From positions 2,878 to 66,877 of the forward strand of contig JBEKEP010000001.1 in assembly GCA_050013775.1 (NCBI GenBank): a stretch of 64,000 nt of DNA, written 5' to 3'. Source of the DNA: Terracidiphilus sp. GTDB taxonomy: Bacteria > Acidobacteriota > Terriglobia > Terriglobales > Acidobacteriaceae. Position 1 is the stretch's first letter, and each line of letters opens with the position of its first letter. The notes beneath the pieces were generated by a model. The model was not told the origin of the DNA. It saw only the letters and a program-made list of their open reading frames with translations, and ran no database searches. This document shows positions 56,149 through 64,000 of this stretch, piece by piece. The position numbers and the translations under genes were made by a program.

Positions 56149-57708
56149 CTACGCCCAGTAGCTGCGGTCGAGAGTACGGTACTGAATGGCTTCGGCGAGA
56201 TGGGCGACGGTGAGGGACTCCGTCCCTTCCAGATCCGCAATAGTGCGTGCCACTTTCAGAATGCGATCGTGGGCGCGCGCGGTGAGCCCTTGCTGTTGCA
56301 TGGCGCGCTCGAGAAGCCGCTCGGCGTCGGCGCCGAGTTCGCAGTGGGCGCGAATCTGCCGGGTGTTCATCTGCGCATTGGCATAGATTTTTTCACCGTG
56401 CTTTTTGAAGCGTTGGTGCTGGCGCTCGCGGGCCGCCATCACGCGGGCGCGAATCTGTGCGGAGCCTTCGGCCGCCGCACCGCCGCGCAATTCCTTGTAC
56501 TGAACCGCGGGAACTTCGATGTGGATGTCGATGCGGTCGAGCAGGGGGCCGGAGATCTTGGCAACGTAGCGCTGGATCATGGGCGGCGTACACAAGCACT
56601 CGCGCGACTTGTCGTTGAAGAAGCCGCAGGGGCAGGGATTCATGGCCGCGGCCAGCATGAATCGCGCGGGAAAACTGAGCGACATGGAGGCGCGCGCGAT
56701 CGTGACGGTGTGATCCTCAAGCGGCTGGCGCAGGACCTCGAGAACATTGCGGGGAAACTCGGGCAACTCGTCAAGAAACAGCAGGCCATTGTGCGCCAGC
56801 GACACCTCGCCGGGACGCGGCACAATGCCGCCGCCGATGAGGCCGGCGTCGGAAATGGTGTGATGCGGCGCGCGGAAGGGGCGCTGGGTGACAAGTCCCG
56901 CGCCGGCTTCGAGCACGCCGGCGACGGAATGGATCTTGGTGGTTTCCAGAGCTTCCTCAAAGGAGAGCGAGGCCAGGATCGAGGGCAGGCGCTTGGCGAG
57001 CATGGTTTTGCCCGAGCCGGGTGGGCCGATCATAAGAATGTTGTGGCTGCCGGCCGCGGCCACTTCAAGCGCGCGTTTGGCAGTTTGCTGGCCGCGCACG
57101 TCGCTGAAATCGACGCTGAATTGCTCGAGTTTGCCCAGTAAGTCTTCTGTGATCACGCGATAAGGCTCGCGCTGAATCACTCCAACCACAGAAGTGTTGA
57201 GGAGTTCGAGCACATCGAGGAGCGAGGAGACCGGATAGACGTTCACCCCTTCGACGACTGCGGCCTCGGCGGCGTTGGCCAGGGGAAGAATCAGGTTGGG
57301 AATGCCTTTTTCGCGAGCCAGAATGGCCACGGGCAACATGCCGGAGATGGGGCGCACACTGCCATCGAGCCCGAGTTCGCCGACCATGAGGAAGCGGCTG
57401 AGGTCGTTGGTGCGCAGTGCGCCGTAAGCGCCCAGAATGCCGACGGCGATGGGCAGATCGAAGCCGGATCCCTCTTTTTTCAGGTCGGCTGGTGCGAGAT
57501 TGATGGTGATGAAGGTGGGCGGGATGAGGTAGCCGGAGTTTTTGATGGCGGCGCGCACGCGATCGCGGCTCTCGCGCACCGCGGCATCGGGCAGGCCTAC
57601 GGTATGAAAGTGATCCTCGTTCGACACCACGCCGCTGTAGTCGACTTCGACATCGATGAGATTGGCATCAATGCCGTAGACTGCCGCGCTAAGGGCCTTG
57701 AAAAGCAT
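56149..57708 (-). CDS. YifB/ComM family Mg-chelatase-like AAA+ ATPase
   Basis: 519 aa with the N-terminal Lon-protease-like VEVDYS...[14 protein letters not shown], Walker [12 protein letters not shown] and [11 protein letters not shown]. Confidence 0.9.
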   Translation of the reverse strand: MLFKALSAAVYGIDANLIDVEVDYSGVVSNEDHFHTVGLPDAAVRESRDRVRAAIKNSGYLIPPTFITINLAPADLKKEGSGFDLPIAVGILGAYGALRTNDLSRFLMVGELGLDGSVRPISGMLPVAILAREKGIPNLILPLANAAEAAVVEGVNVYPVSSLLDVLELLNTSVVGVIQREPYRVITEDLLGKLEQFSVDFSDVRGQQTAKRALEVAAAGSHNILMIGPPGSGKTMLAKRLPSILASLSFEEALETTKIHSVAGVLEAGAGLVTQRPFRAPHHTISDAGLIGGGIVPRPGEVSLAHNGLLFLDELPEFPRNVLEVLRQPLEDHTVTIARASMSLSFPARFMLAAAMNPCPCGFFNDKSRECLCTPPMIQRYVAKISGPLLDRIDIHIEVPAVQYKELRGGAAAEGSAQIRARVMAARERQHQRFKKHGEKIYANAQMNTRQIRAHCELGADAERLLERAMQQQGLTARAHDRILKVARTIADLEGTESLTVAHLAEAIQYRTLDRSYWA

Positions 57709-57840
57709 GGTGGAGGGCTGCGGAGCGCAGTGTAGCAGAAGACGGTGATCAGTGGTCTGTGATCAGTGAACAGCACGCGGATGCAGACAGCGGGAACAAT
57801 GCGTGTGAGGATTCGGTCTAAGATGGTAAGCGCTTCAAGA

Positions 57841-59061
57841 ATGGAGAAGGAGAACGCCGTGCGGAGATGGATTGCGAGTATATGTTTGTGCGCTGCGATG
57901 GCATACCCGGTATGGGCGGGACAAGCGCCGGACAACGAGGCAGCCAAGGCGAATACGCTCTACGAAGAGGGCAAGCATGTGGATGCCCTGCCGCTCTACG
58001 AGGATTTGGCCAAGTCCTATCCCAATGAGCAGCTTTATCAATCGCGGTTGGCCGCCTGCCTGGGAGCCGCAGCGCTGCAGACGAACGACGCCGCGCAGAG
58101 GAAGGCGCTGATCACGCGTGAACGCGACGCGGCGCGGCGTGCTGTCGAGTTAGGCGACAAGAGCAACGTGACGCAGATGATGGCGAACATCGATCCCGAT
58201 GCGCCGGGCAGCGTTGCGCAAGGGAGCCCGGCACAGGCGCTGATGGAGGCAGCGGAGAAAGCATTCGCGGCCGGGGACTATCAGACGGCGATGACGAAGT
58301 ACGTGGCAGCGGCCACGGCCGATCCGCATCTCTACGTGGCCGCGCTTTATGCGGGCGATGCGGCGTTCAGCCAGCACGATCTGCCGACGGCGGCGCGATG
58401 GCTTGCACGCGCCATCGCCATCGATCCGAATCGGGAGACCGCGTACCGCTATTGGGGCGATGCCATCGTGCTCTATGGCAACGACCCGGAGGCCGCGAAG
58501 AATAAATTTATCGACGCGGTGGTGGCGGAGCCTTACAGCCGATTCTCGTGGCAGGGATTGCAGCAGTGGGCGGTGCGGGAGAAGGCTGTGCTCAGCTCGC
58601 CGAAGATCGAACGGCCCGCAGCGCCTGCCGTGGATCCCAACAATTCAAAGAACATCACGATTAACGTCAATCCCTCCGATGCGCTCGACAAGAATAACGA
58701 AGGAAGTTTTGCCTGGGCCACATACTCGATGAAGCGCGCGCTCTATCGCGGCGATGAGTTCAAGAAGCAGTTTCCCAACGAAAAGGAGTACCGGCACAGC
58801 CTGAAGGAAGAAGACGACGCTTTAAGCACGGTGGTCGCGGTGATCCGGGAGAAGAAGATCCCGCCCGAGAAGCTCGACGAGAGCATGCGCAATTTGCTGG
58901 AAGTGTATGACGCGGGCATGCTGGACTGCTGGATTCTGATCAACGGCGCCGACGAGGGCATTACGCAGGACTACGCTGCCTACCGCGATGCGCACCGGCA
59001 GCTATTGCACGAATACGTGGCGCGTTTTGTGGTGCATGGCGGCGTGACTGCGGCGCAGTAG
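57841..59061 (+). CDS. secreted TPR-like protein, unknown function
   Basis: MEKENAVRRWIASICLCAAMAYPVWA signal peptide, then helical-repeat content. The start is uncertain (57766, 57823 or 57841). Confidence 0.55.
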   Translation: MEKENAVRRWIASICLCAAMAYPVWAGQAPDNEAAKANTLYEEGKHVDALPLYEDLAKSYPNEQLYQSRLAACLGAAALQTNDAAQRKALITRERDAARRAVELGDKSNVTQMMANIDPDAPGSVAQGSPAQALMEAAEKAFAAGDYQTAMTKYVAAATADPHLYVAALYAGDAAFSQHDLPTAARWLARAIAIDPNRETAYRYWGDAIVLYGNDPEAAKNKFIDAVVAEPYSRFSWQGLQQWAVREKAVLSSPKIERPAAPAVDPNNSKNITINVNPSDALDKNNEGSFAWATYSMKRALYRGDEFKKQFPNEKEYRHSLKEEDDALSTVVAVIREKKIPPEKLDESMRNLLEVYDAGMLDCWILINGADEGITQDYAAYRDAHRQLLHEYVARFVVHGGVTAAQ

Positions 59062-59068
59062 CCCCGCT

Positions 59069-59794
59069 TCAGACGCGATCGTCGGGGAAGATGCCGACGG
59101 CTTCGCCGGGGGCAATGTTTTGCCCCGCGAGGACGATGGCATGGGTGGCGATGTGAGCGCCTGCGCCAATGAACGTGGGCTGCAGCCGCACCTTGTTGTA
59201 GTCCTGCGGATCGTGCCAGAAAGAGAAGACGCGCGAAAAGGAGCCGATGACTGCATTGTTGCCGATGGTGATGCCGCCGCGGTCGTTGAGCAGGGCGCGC
59301 TGGCGAATGGTAACGCCGTCGCCAATGGAAAGGTTGTAGCCGTAGGTCAGATCGACGCCGTGGTAGATTTTTACGCCGGTGCCGAGATGCTCAAAGATGT
59401 GCCGGCCGAGCATGCAGCGGAAGCGCAATCCCAGCCAGTGATTGAGGCCGACCGGCGAACGATCGAACATCTGCCAGAACCAGAGCAGGGGCTTGCGGCG
59501 CGCAAAGCGCTCGCGGTCCACTTCGGCAAAGTGCTCCTGTTCCATGGTGACGTTTTGTGGGTCGAGCGAAAGAGTGACTACGTTGCCCGGCAACTCCGAG
59601 GTGAGCTGGAGGTTGAGTTTGCCGCCGAAGGGACGTCCGAGATAAAGCTGGTAGAGCTGGTCGCGCACGATTTCGCCGCGGCGCTCCGGAGAACTGTGAC
59701 GGACGAATTCGTCGTCGAGGAATTGAATCCAGCGGCGATAGATCTCTTCGGCTTCAGGCGTGGGGCGGGGAGCGGAGCTTTCGGGAGCGGCCAT
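59069..59794 (-). CDS. hexapeptide-repeat (left-handed beta-helix) acyltransferase
   Basis: C-terminal imperfect hexapeptide repeats: GVKIYHGVDLTYGYNLSIGDGVTIRQRALLNDRGGITIGNNAVIGSFSRV. Confidence 0.7.
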   Translation of the reverse strand: MAAPESSAPRPTPEAEEIYRRWIQFLDDEFVRHSSPERRGEIVRDQLYQLYLGRPFGGKLNLQLTSELPGNVVTLSLDPQNVTMEQEHFAEVDRERFARRKPLLWFWQMFDRSPVGLNHWLGLRFRCMLGRHIFEHLGTGVKIYHGVDLTYGYNLSIGDGVTIRQRALLNDRGGITIGNNAVIGSFSRVFSFWHDPQDYNKVRLQPTFIGAGAHIATHAIVLAGQNIAPGEAVGIFPDDRV

Positions 59795-59832
59795 GACTCA
59801 GACGATAGAACAGGGAGTAGGGGCTAGGGAAG

Positions 59833-59901
59833 AGTGTGAGTGTGAGTGCGAGTGCGAACATGGTTCCACCCGCCCGGCACACTCACACTCGCACTCACAC
59901 T
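59833..59901. repeat. 24-nt (GAGTGY)4 hexamer arms forming an inverted repeat (21-nt loop) just downstream of yidC
   Basis: agtgtgagtgtgagtgcgagtgcg ... cacactcacactcgcactcacact. The arms are complementary at 21 of 24 positions. Confidence 0.85.
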
Positions 59902-59905
59902 GTTC

Positions 59906-61768
59906 TTACCGCTTGCCCTGGATGGTTTTTGGGTTTACGCCAGCCTTTTTGGCTGCTCGTCGGGCCGCGATGGCGTGCATCTCCTTGCCGTAAGTCGACT
60001 GATTGATGAAGAGTTGCAAGGCGAGATTCAGCACGTTGCCAGTGGCCCAGTAGAGTGCCAGGCCCGAAGCATAATGCCAGAGGAAGCTGCCCATGAAGAT
60101 AGGCATGATGAAGGCCATCATGCGCCGCTGCATAGGATCCATGCCGGGCGAGGGCGTGATGTACTGCGTGAGGAACATGGAGACAATGATGAGCAGGGGC
60201 AGAATGTGCGTGGGATCGGGTTGCGAAAGATCGGGCAGCCAGAACCAGTGCGACTGGCGCAGTTCGACGGCGTTGTAGAGGACGCGGAAGAAGCCGTAAA
60301 ACAGCGGGAGCTGGGGCAACATGGGCAGGCAGCTGCCGTACATGTTGACGCCCTCCTCCTTGTAGAGGGCCATGACCTCCGTGTTCATCTCGTTCTTCTT
60401 GGGGTCGTTCATTTTCAAGTTTGAATAGCGCTTGCGGATGGCGTCGACCTTCGGCTGGATGCGCATCATCTTGAGCGACGACTTCATCATCATGAAGCGC
60501 AACGGGATGAATGCAATGTTGAATACTGCCGTAAAAAGGATGATGGCCCAGCCCCAGCTGTACGCACCGGCGCCGATGAAGTTGCGCAGGAAACGCAGCG
60601 CGTAATAAAGGGGCTTGGCGATGACTCCCAGCCAACTGCCGAACTGGATGAGCGATTCGAGACCGGGACCGTCAGGCTTGCCGTCAGCGCCGATGGCGTG
60701 GATCGACTTGAGAAGCTCGGTTTCCTTGGGGCCGGCAAACAAGCGCAAGCGGGTATCGCCACTGGTGTTGCCGACGGCGAGCCCGACTACATCGACTGAA
60801 GATTTCCTGCTGTTCTGATCGCTGGGGTCGGCGGACAACTCGATGGAGTTGTGGAGAGTAACGACCGTGGTGCTGTCGGGAACCTCGGGCAGAAACGCGG
60901 CGGCAAAGTAAAGATCCATGACGGCCGCGTACTGATACGACGCTTCCAGCGTGTTATTGCCGCTTACTTTGGCGGCGGCCAGCACATCCGGCCGGTCGCC
61001 GATCGACCAGGCGAAGAAGGAGGGCGTTGGCATCTGCCCGCGCAGCATGGAAGTCTGATGTAGCTCTTCCATGTCGCCCAAGCCGGAGGGCCACTCCACC
61101 AGTGTGCGCACGGGCGCGCCATTGCGCTTGACCTCGGTTTCGACATTGACCACGTAGTTGGTGCCGAAGCTAAAGGTCTTCACGGCATCGATGCCGTTGG
61201 CCGAATAATGGAAGGTAATCGTTGCCGGCGCAAGGAGCTGGCCGGTGGCCGAGGGTTGCGCGCCGCCGTAGCTGACCTGGTAGAGAGCGTCGTTCAGCTG
61301 TGTGGTGAGCGCCGGTTCATAGGTGTAGAGCGCGAGCGGCAACCCGAAGCGTGCTGCGGCCTGCGGTTGCACCAGGTCGAGCGGCTTGCCGGCCGAGTCA
61401 AAGTACTTCTTCAGGATCCAGTTCTTCACCTGCGCGCCACGGTTCGTGAAAACGATCTTGTAGAACTCGTTTTCGACAGTGGTGTAGGTCTCAAGCGGGG
61501 CCGAAACCTGCGGCGTGGCCGAGGGCGCCTGCGCGGCGGCGTTTGGCGCTTGGCCCGGTGCGGCAGGAGCGGCAGAAGCGTTGGGAGCAGCGGGCTGCGA
61601 CTGCGTTTGCGCAGGCGGCTGCTGGTCCGGCTTGGGCTTTGCAAAAAAGTACTGATAGCCGAAGATGGCGGCCATGGCAAGGAGCATGAAGGCCATGGTG
61701 GAGCGCATGTCGCCGCCGCCACCGCCGGACCCCTGCGATTGCAGATTGGGATTCTGTATTTCGGGCAA
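59906..61768 (-). CDS. yidC: membrane protein insertase YidC
   Basis: 620 aa with an N-terminal TM, a large periplasmic P1 domain, and the C-terminal core WGWAIILFTAVFNIAFIPL...MMRIQPKVDAIRKRY. Confidence 0.95.
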   Translation of the reverse strand: MPEIQNPNLQSQGSGGGGGDMRSTMAFMLLAMAAIFGYQYFFAKPKPDQQPPAQTQSQPAAPNASAAPAAPGQAPNAAAQAPSATPQVSAPLETYTTVENEFYKIVFTNRGAQVKNWILKKYFDSAGKPLDLVQPQAAARFGLPLALYTYEPALTTQLNDALYQVSYGGAQPSATGQLLAPATITFHYSANGIDAVKTFSFGTNYVVNVETEVKRNGAPVRTLVEWPSGLGDMEELHQTSMLRGQMPTPSFFAWSIGDRPDVLAAAKVSGNNTLEASYQYAAVMDLYFAAAFLPEVPDSTTVVTLHNSIELSADPSDQNSRKSSVDVVGLAVGNTSGDTRLRLFAGPKETELLKSIHAIGADGKPDGPGLESLIQFGSWLGVIAKPLYYALRFLRNFIGAGAYSWGWAIILFTAVFNIAFIPLRFMMMKSSLKMMRIQPKVDAIRKRYSNLKMNDPKKNEMNTEVMALYKEEGVNMYGSCLPMLPQLPLFYGFFRVLYNAVELRQSHWFWLPDLSQPDPTHILPLLIIVSMFLTQYITPSPGMDPMQRRMMAFIMPIFMGSFLWHYASGLALYWATGNVLNLALQLFINQSTYGKEMHAIAARRAAKKAGVNPKTIQGKR

Positions 61769-61818
61769 AGGATACTTCCTATCGTTCGGAAAAGGCAGTT
61801 TCTAGGCCGCCGTTTCTT

Positions 61819-62103
61819 CTATGGTAACGGTTCGCGGGGCAGGGCCTGCGAACTGCAGCTGCAATCCCCGCTGGAGCGAGCAGGCGGGACAGGATCGAAT
61901 CCGCCCGGCGTGAAGGGATGGCAGCGCAACAGACGCCAAGCGGCCAGTCCGCAGCCCCGCAATGGACCGTGCGTGGCAATGGCGCCGGCCGCGTATTCAG
62001 AGCAAGTTGGGATAAATTTGCATCGGCTGGTGCTCACCGCATGCAGCGCCGGAGAAATCCAGCGGCGGTACCAGGCGATAAGTGCGAGCAGAAAGCGTGT
62101 CAT
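61819..62103 (-). CDS. yidD: membrane protein insertion efficiency factor YidD
   Basis: [13 protein letters not shown]....[42 protein letters not shown]. Its start overlaps the rnpA stop. Confidence 0.9.
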   Translation of the reverse strand: MTRFLLALIAWYRRWISPALHAVSTSRCKFIPTCSEYAAGAIATHGPLRGCGLAAWRLLRCHPFTPGGFDPVPPARSSGDCSCSSQALPREPLP

Positions 62104-62549
62104 GGTGCGGGTGTACCTGGGGCCTGTGATGCGGCGACAGGCGACTTGGCCAGGCGCGACGCCTCATTTCCAGCCTGTTCAAGGATACGTACGATCTCAG
62201 CCTCAAGTTGCGCAAATTCCATGGAGAGCACGTTGCGGCGGGGATGAAAGATGAGATCGAAGCCCTGAGGCAGCAAATCGACGTGGCGGCGCAGTGCTTC
62301 ACGCATGCGGCGCTTGATGCGGTTGCGCTCGTTAGCTTTGCCCATGACTTTGCCCACGGTGAGGCCGACACGTGATTCTGGCGTGGCTGCAGCATCCGGA
62401 CCGGCAGGCGTCCGCGGCGCCAGGAACCAGCTCATGGACGCGGATTGTCTCTTGCGGGCGGCCGCGTAGGCGCGCTGATAGTCGGCGTGCTTGCGCAGGC
62501 GCGCTCCCGCCAGGGTTTGGCGTTGAGCAGGCCTGGATAGAGAATTCAT
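62100..62549 (-). CDS. rnpA: ribonuclease P protein component RnpA
   Basis: [35 protein letters not shown]. It occupies the conserved position between rpmH and yidD. Confidence 0.85.
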   Translation of the reverse strand: MNSLSRPAQRQTLAGARLRKHADYQRAYAAARKRQSASMSWFLAPRTPAGPDAAATPESRVGLTVGKVMGKANERNRIKRRMREALRRHVDLLPQGFDLIFHPRRNVLSMEFAQLEAEIVRILEQAGNEASRLAKSPVAASQAPGTPAP

Positions 62550-62619
62550 GACGAATACTCGGGGAAGAATGACCCCACCGCGCGACGGGTTCCGGCGAGA
62601 AAGCCAGAATCGGCGAGGC

Positions 62620-62775
62620 TTAGTCGCGGTGCCCGGCGCTGACCGAGACGCGCTTGCGTCCCACAGCGCGGCGGCGGCTGAGTACGGCGGCGCCGGCCTT
62701 GGTCTTCATGCGCGACCGGAAGCCGTGCGTTTTCACGCGGCTGCGGCGGTTAGGTTGAAATGTGCGTTTGGGCAT
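62620..62775 (-). CDS. rpmH: 50S ribosomal protein L34
   Basis: [45 protein letters not shown], with start ATG at 62773-62775. The longer listed ORF is an upstream extension. Confidence 0.95.
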   Translation of the reverse strand: MPKRTFQPNRRSRVKTHGFRSRMKTKAGAAVLSRRRAVGRKRVSVSAGHRD

Positions 62776-63303
62776 CGTGACCCGCTCCTGTACCTTGAAT
62801 AAATCTGCGAATGAACAGCACTTACGAGTATAACGTAGGCGGAGTTGAGAATCCAGCGCGGGGCGGCCGGGCGCGGCGAATCGGACAGCGCTCGGTGCGG
62901 CCGAGGAAATAGAATGAGTGGGACGCTGTGCCAAATTTAGCGTGCAATTTTGGGACGCTTTTCGTAGTGGCGAGACGAAGCGCGACCAGTTTCACCAACC
63001 TTGGTGCAACTTTCCGAGGGCCAAAAAAGTTATGTGAAAGAACCGTTGCAATGGAGCCGAGATGTGCGCTACTATCGGACCCGTTCACGAAATTTCATTT
63101 GAAGTTTCAAACAATCTGCGTTACGGCATTTTAATCAAAACGCCCCGGGGTCGACTCTTGAGGGGCACATCAGCAGCCGACAGGTAACCGGTCTCCGGTA
63201 AGAGCACGGAAAGCGAAAGCGCTTTTCGGGTTGCCGGGCTGTTGCCGGAAAGCTTAAATTTAACCGCCAGGCTTTGGCCGGCGGAAGAGGCTAGGATTGT
63301 ACG

Positions 63304-64000
63304 ATGGCATTTGCGACTTCGCCGGCTCCGGCACTTAACCCCTGGCTCCAGATTCTCTCGGCACTCGAGAAGAAGGTCATTCGGCAATCCTTCGAGACCT
63401 GGCTCAAACCCACGCGATTCAGCCATGCCGCAGGGCGCGTGCTTTACGTGCGCGTGCCTTCAACAGAGTTCCAGCACATTGGCGAGAAGTACGGCGACCT
63501 GATTCAGGAAGCGATCGACCTCAACGCGCTGGAATTCGACGACGTGAGCTTTGTGACGGCGGAGGAGGATCCGTCGATTCCGCCGCTCCGCAGGGATGGC
63601 GGCTTCGGGCCGATTCCGAGCCACGCGCCCACGGCGCCGCCGGCGCCGGCGATGCGCACGCCTGAGCAGAGTCGATTTGACTGGTCAACCGCGGCACAAC
63701 TGAACTCGCGTTACACGTTCGATGCCTTTGTGATCGGCAACGGCAACCAGTTTGCGCGTGCCGCGGCGTTGGCGGTGGCCGAGCGGCCTTCGCGCGCCTA
63801 CAATCCGCTCTTCCTGTATGGGGGCGTGGGCATGGGCAAGACGCACTTGATGCACGCCATCGGCCACGAAGTGAAGCGCAGGCAGCCGACCGCGAGTATC
63901 TGCTACGTCTCCGCGGAAAAATTCACCAACGAGATGATCAACTCCATCCGCAACGATCGCATGACCAGCTTCCGCGACCGTTTCCGTACGGTGGATGTAC
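63304..64000 (+). CDS. dnaA: chromosomal replication initiator protein DnaA, partial (continues beyond the window)
   Basis: Hand translation from ATG 63304: MAFATSPAPALNPWLQILSALEKKVIRQSFETWLKPTRF...YTFDAFVIGNGNQFARAAALAVAERPSRAYNPLFLYGGVGMGKTHLMHAIGHEV (Walker A). Not in the ORF track because no stop lies in the window. Confidence 0.9.
   Translation, partial: MAFATSPAPALNPWLQILSALEKKVIRQSFETWLKPTRFSHAAGRVLYVRVPSTEFQHIGEKYGDLIQEAIDLNALEFDDVSFVTAEEDPSIPPLRRDGGFGPIPSHAPTAPPAPAMRTPEQSRFDWSTAAQLNSRYTFDAFVIGNGNQFARAAALAVAERPSRAYNPLFLYGGVGMGKTHLMHAIGHEVKRRQPTASICYVSAEKFTNEMINSIRNDRMTSFRDRFRTVDV

Noticed and set aside
55792-57141. 449-aa plus-strand ORF
   Set aside because: It is antisense to the ComM/YifB ATPase gene and is a shadow ORF. 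The same reasoning applies to 12520..13506(-), 10419..11198(+), 40823..41896(-), 61208..62254(+), 8400..8987(+) and 43396..44052(-).

Overview
High-GC (about 60-65%) chromosomal segment. Its gene content suggests Acidobacteriota (Terriglobia-like): a TIGR03435-family protein, CarboxypepD_reg+TPR paralogs and a YXWGXW-repeat protein. That assignment is an inference, not a database result. The right end is the origin-proximal locus: rpmH-rnpA-yidD-yidC on the minus strand, diverging from dnaA, which runs off the window. I support about 60 CDS, 2 tRNAs (Thr-CGT, Ala-CGC), several intrinsic terminators and a few gene remnants. I saw no rRNA, CRISPR array, transposase or integrase. Housekeeping blocks: trmFO, moeA-moaC, a split ccm operon (ccmE-ccmA-ybaK-ccmB), mscL, class I DAHP synthase, hrcA-grpE-dnaJ, rho and a ComM/YifB ATPase. 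The left 12 kb looks accessory. It holds a lower-GC partial membrane-protein gene, two tRNA-3'-end-like direct repeats, duplicated and decayed VOC / zf-UBP / MDR-oxidoreductase cassettes, and an orphan Flp pilin. It also holds an orphan CpaE/TadZ-like ATPase fused to five Ig-like repeats, overlapped with an atypical TonB-C protein. Other leads: an Hcp-like protein with an apparent Sec signal peptide and no T6SS nearby; a CcmE with Cys in place of the heme-binding His; ybaK translationally coupled inside the ccm operon; a (GAGTGY)n inverted repeat after yidC; a (C6T)3C5 tract; and a 610-bp non-coding gap. Two genes open at the window edges (1..950 minus, dnaA 63304..64000 plus) are missing from the supplied ORF track, and I translated them by hand. 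All family calls come from motif recognition by eye and were not checked against any database.
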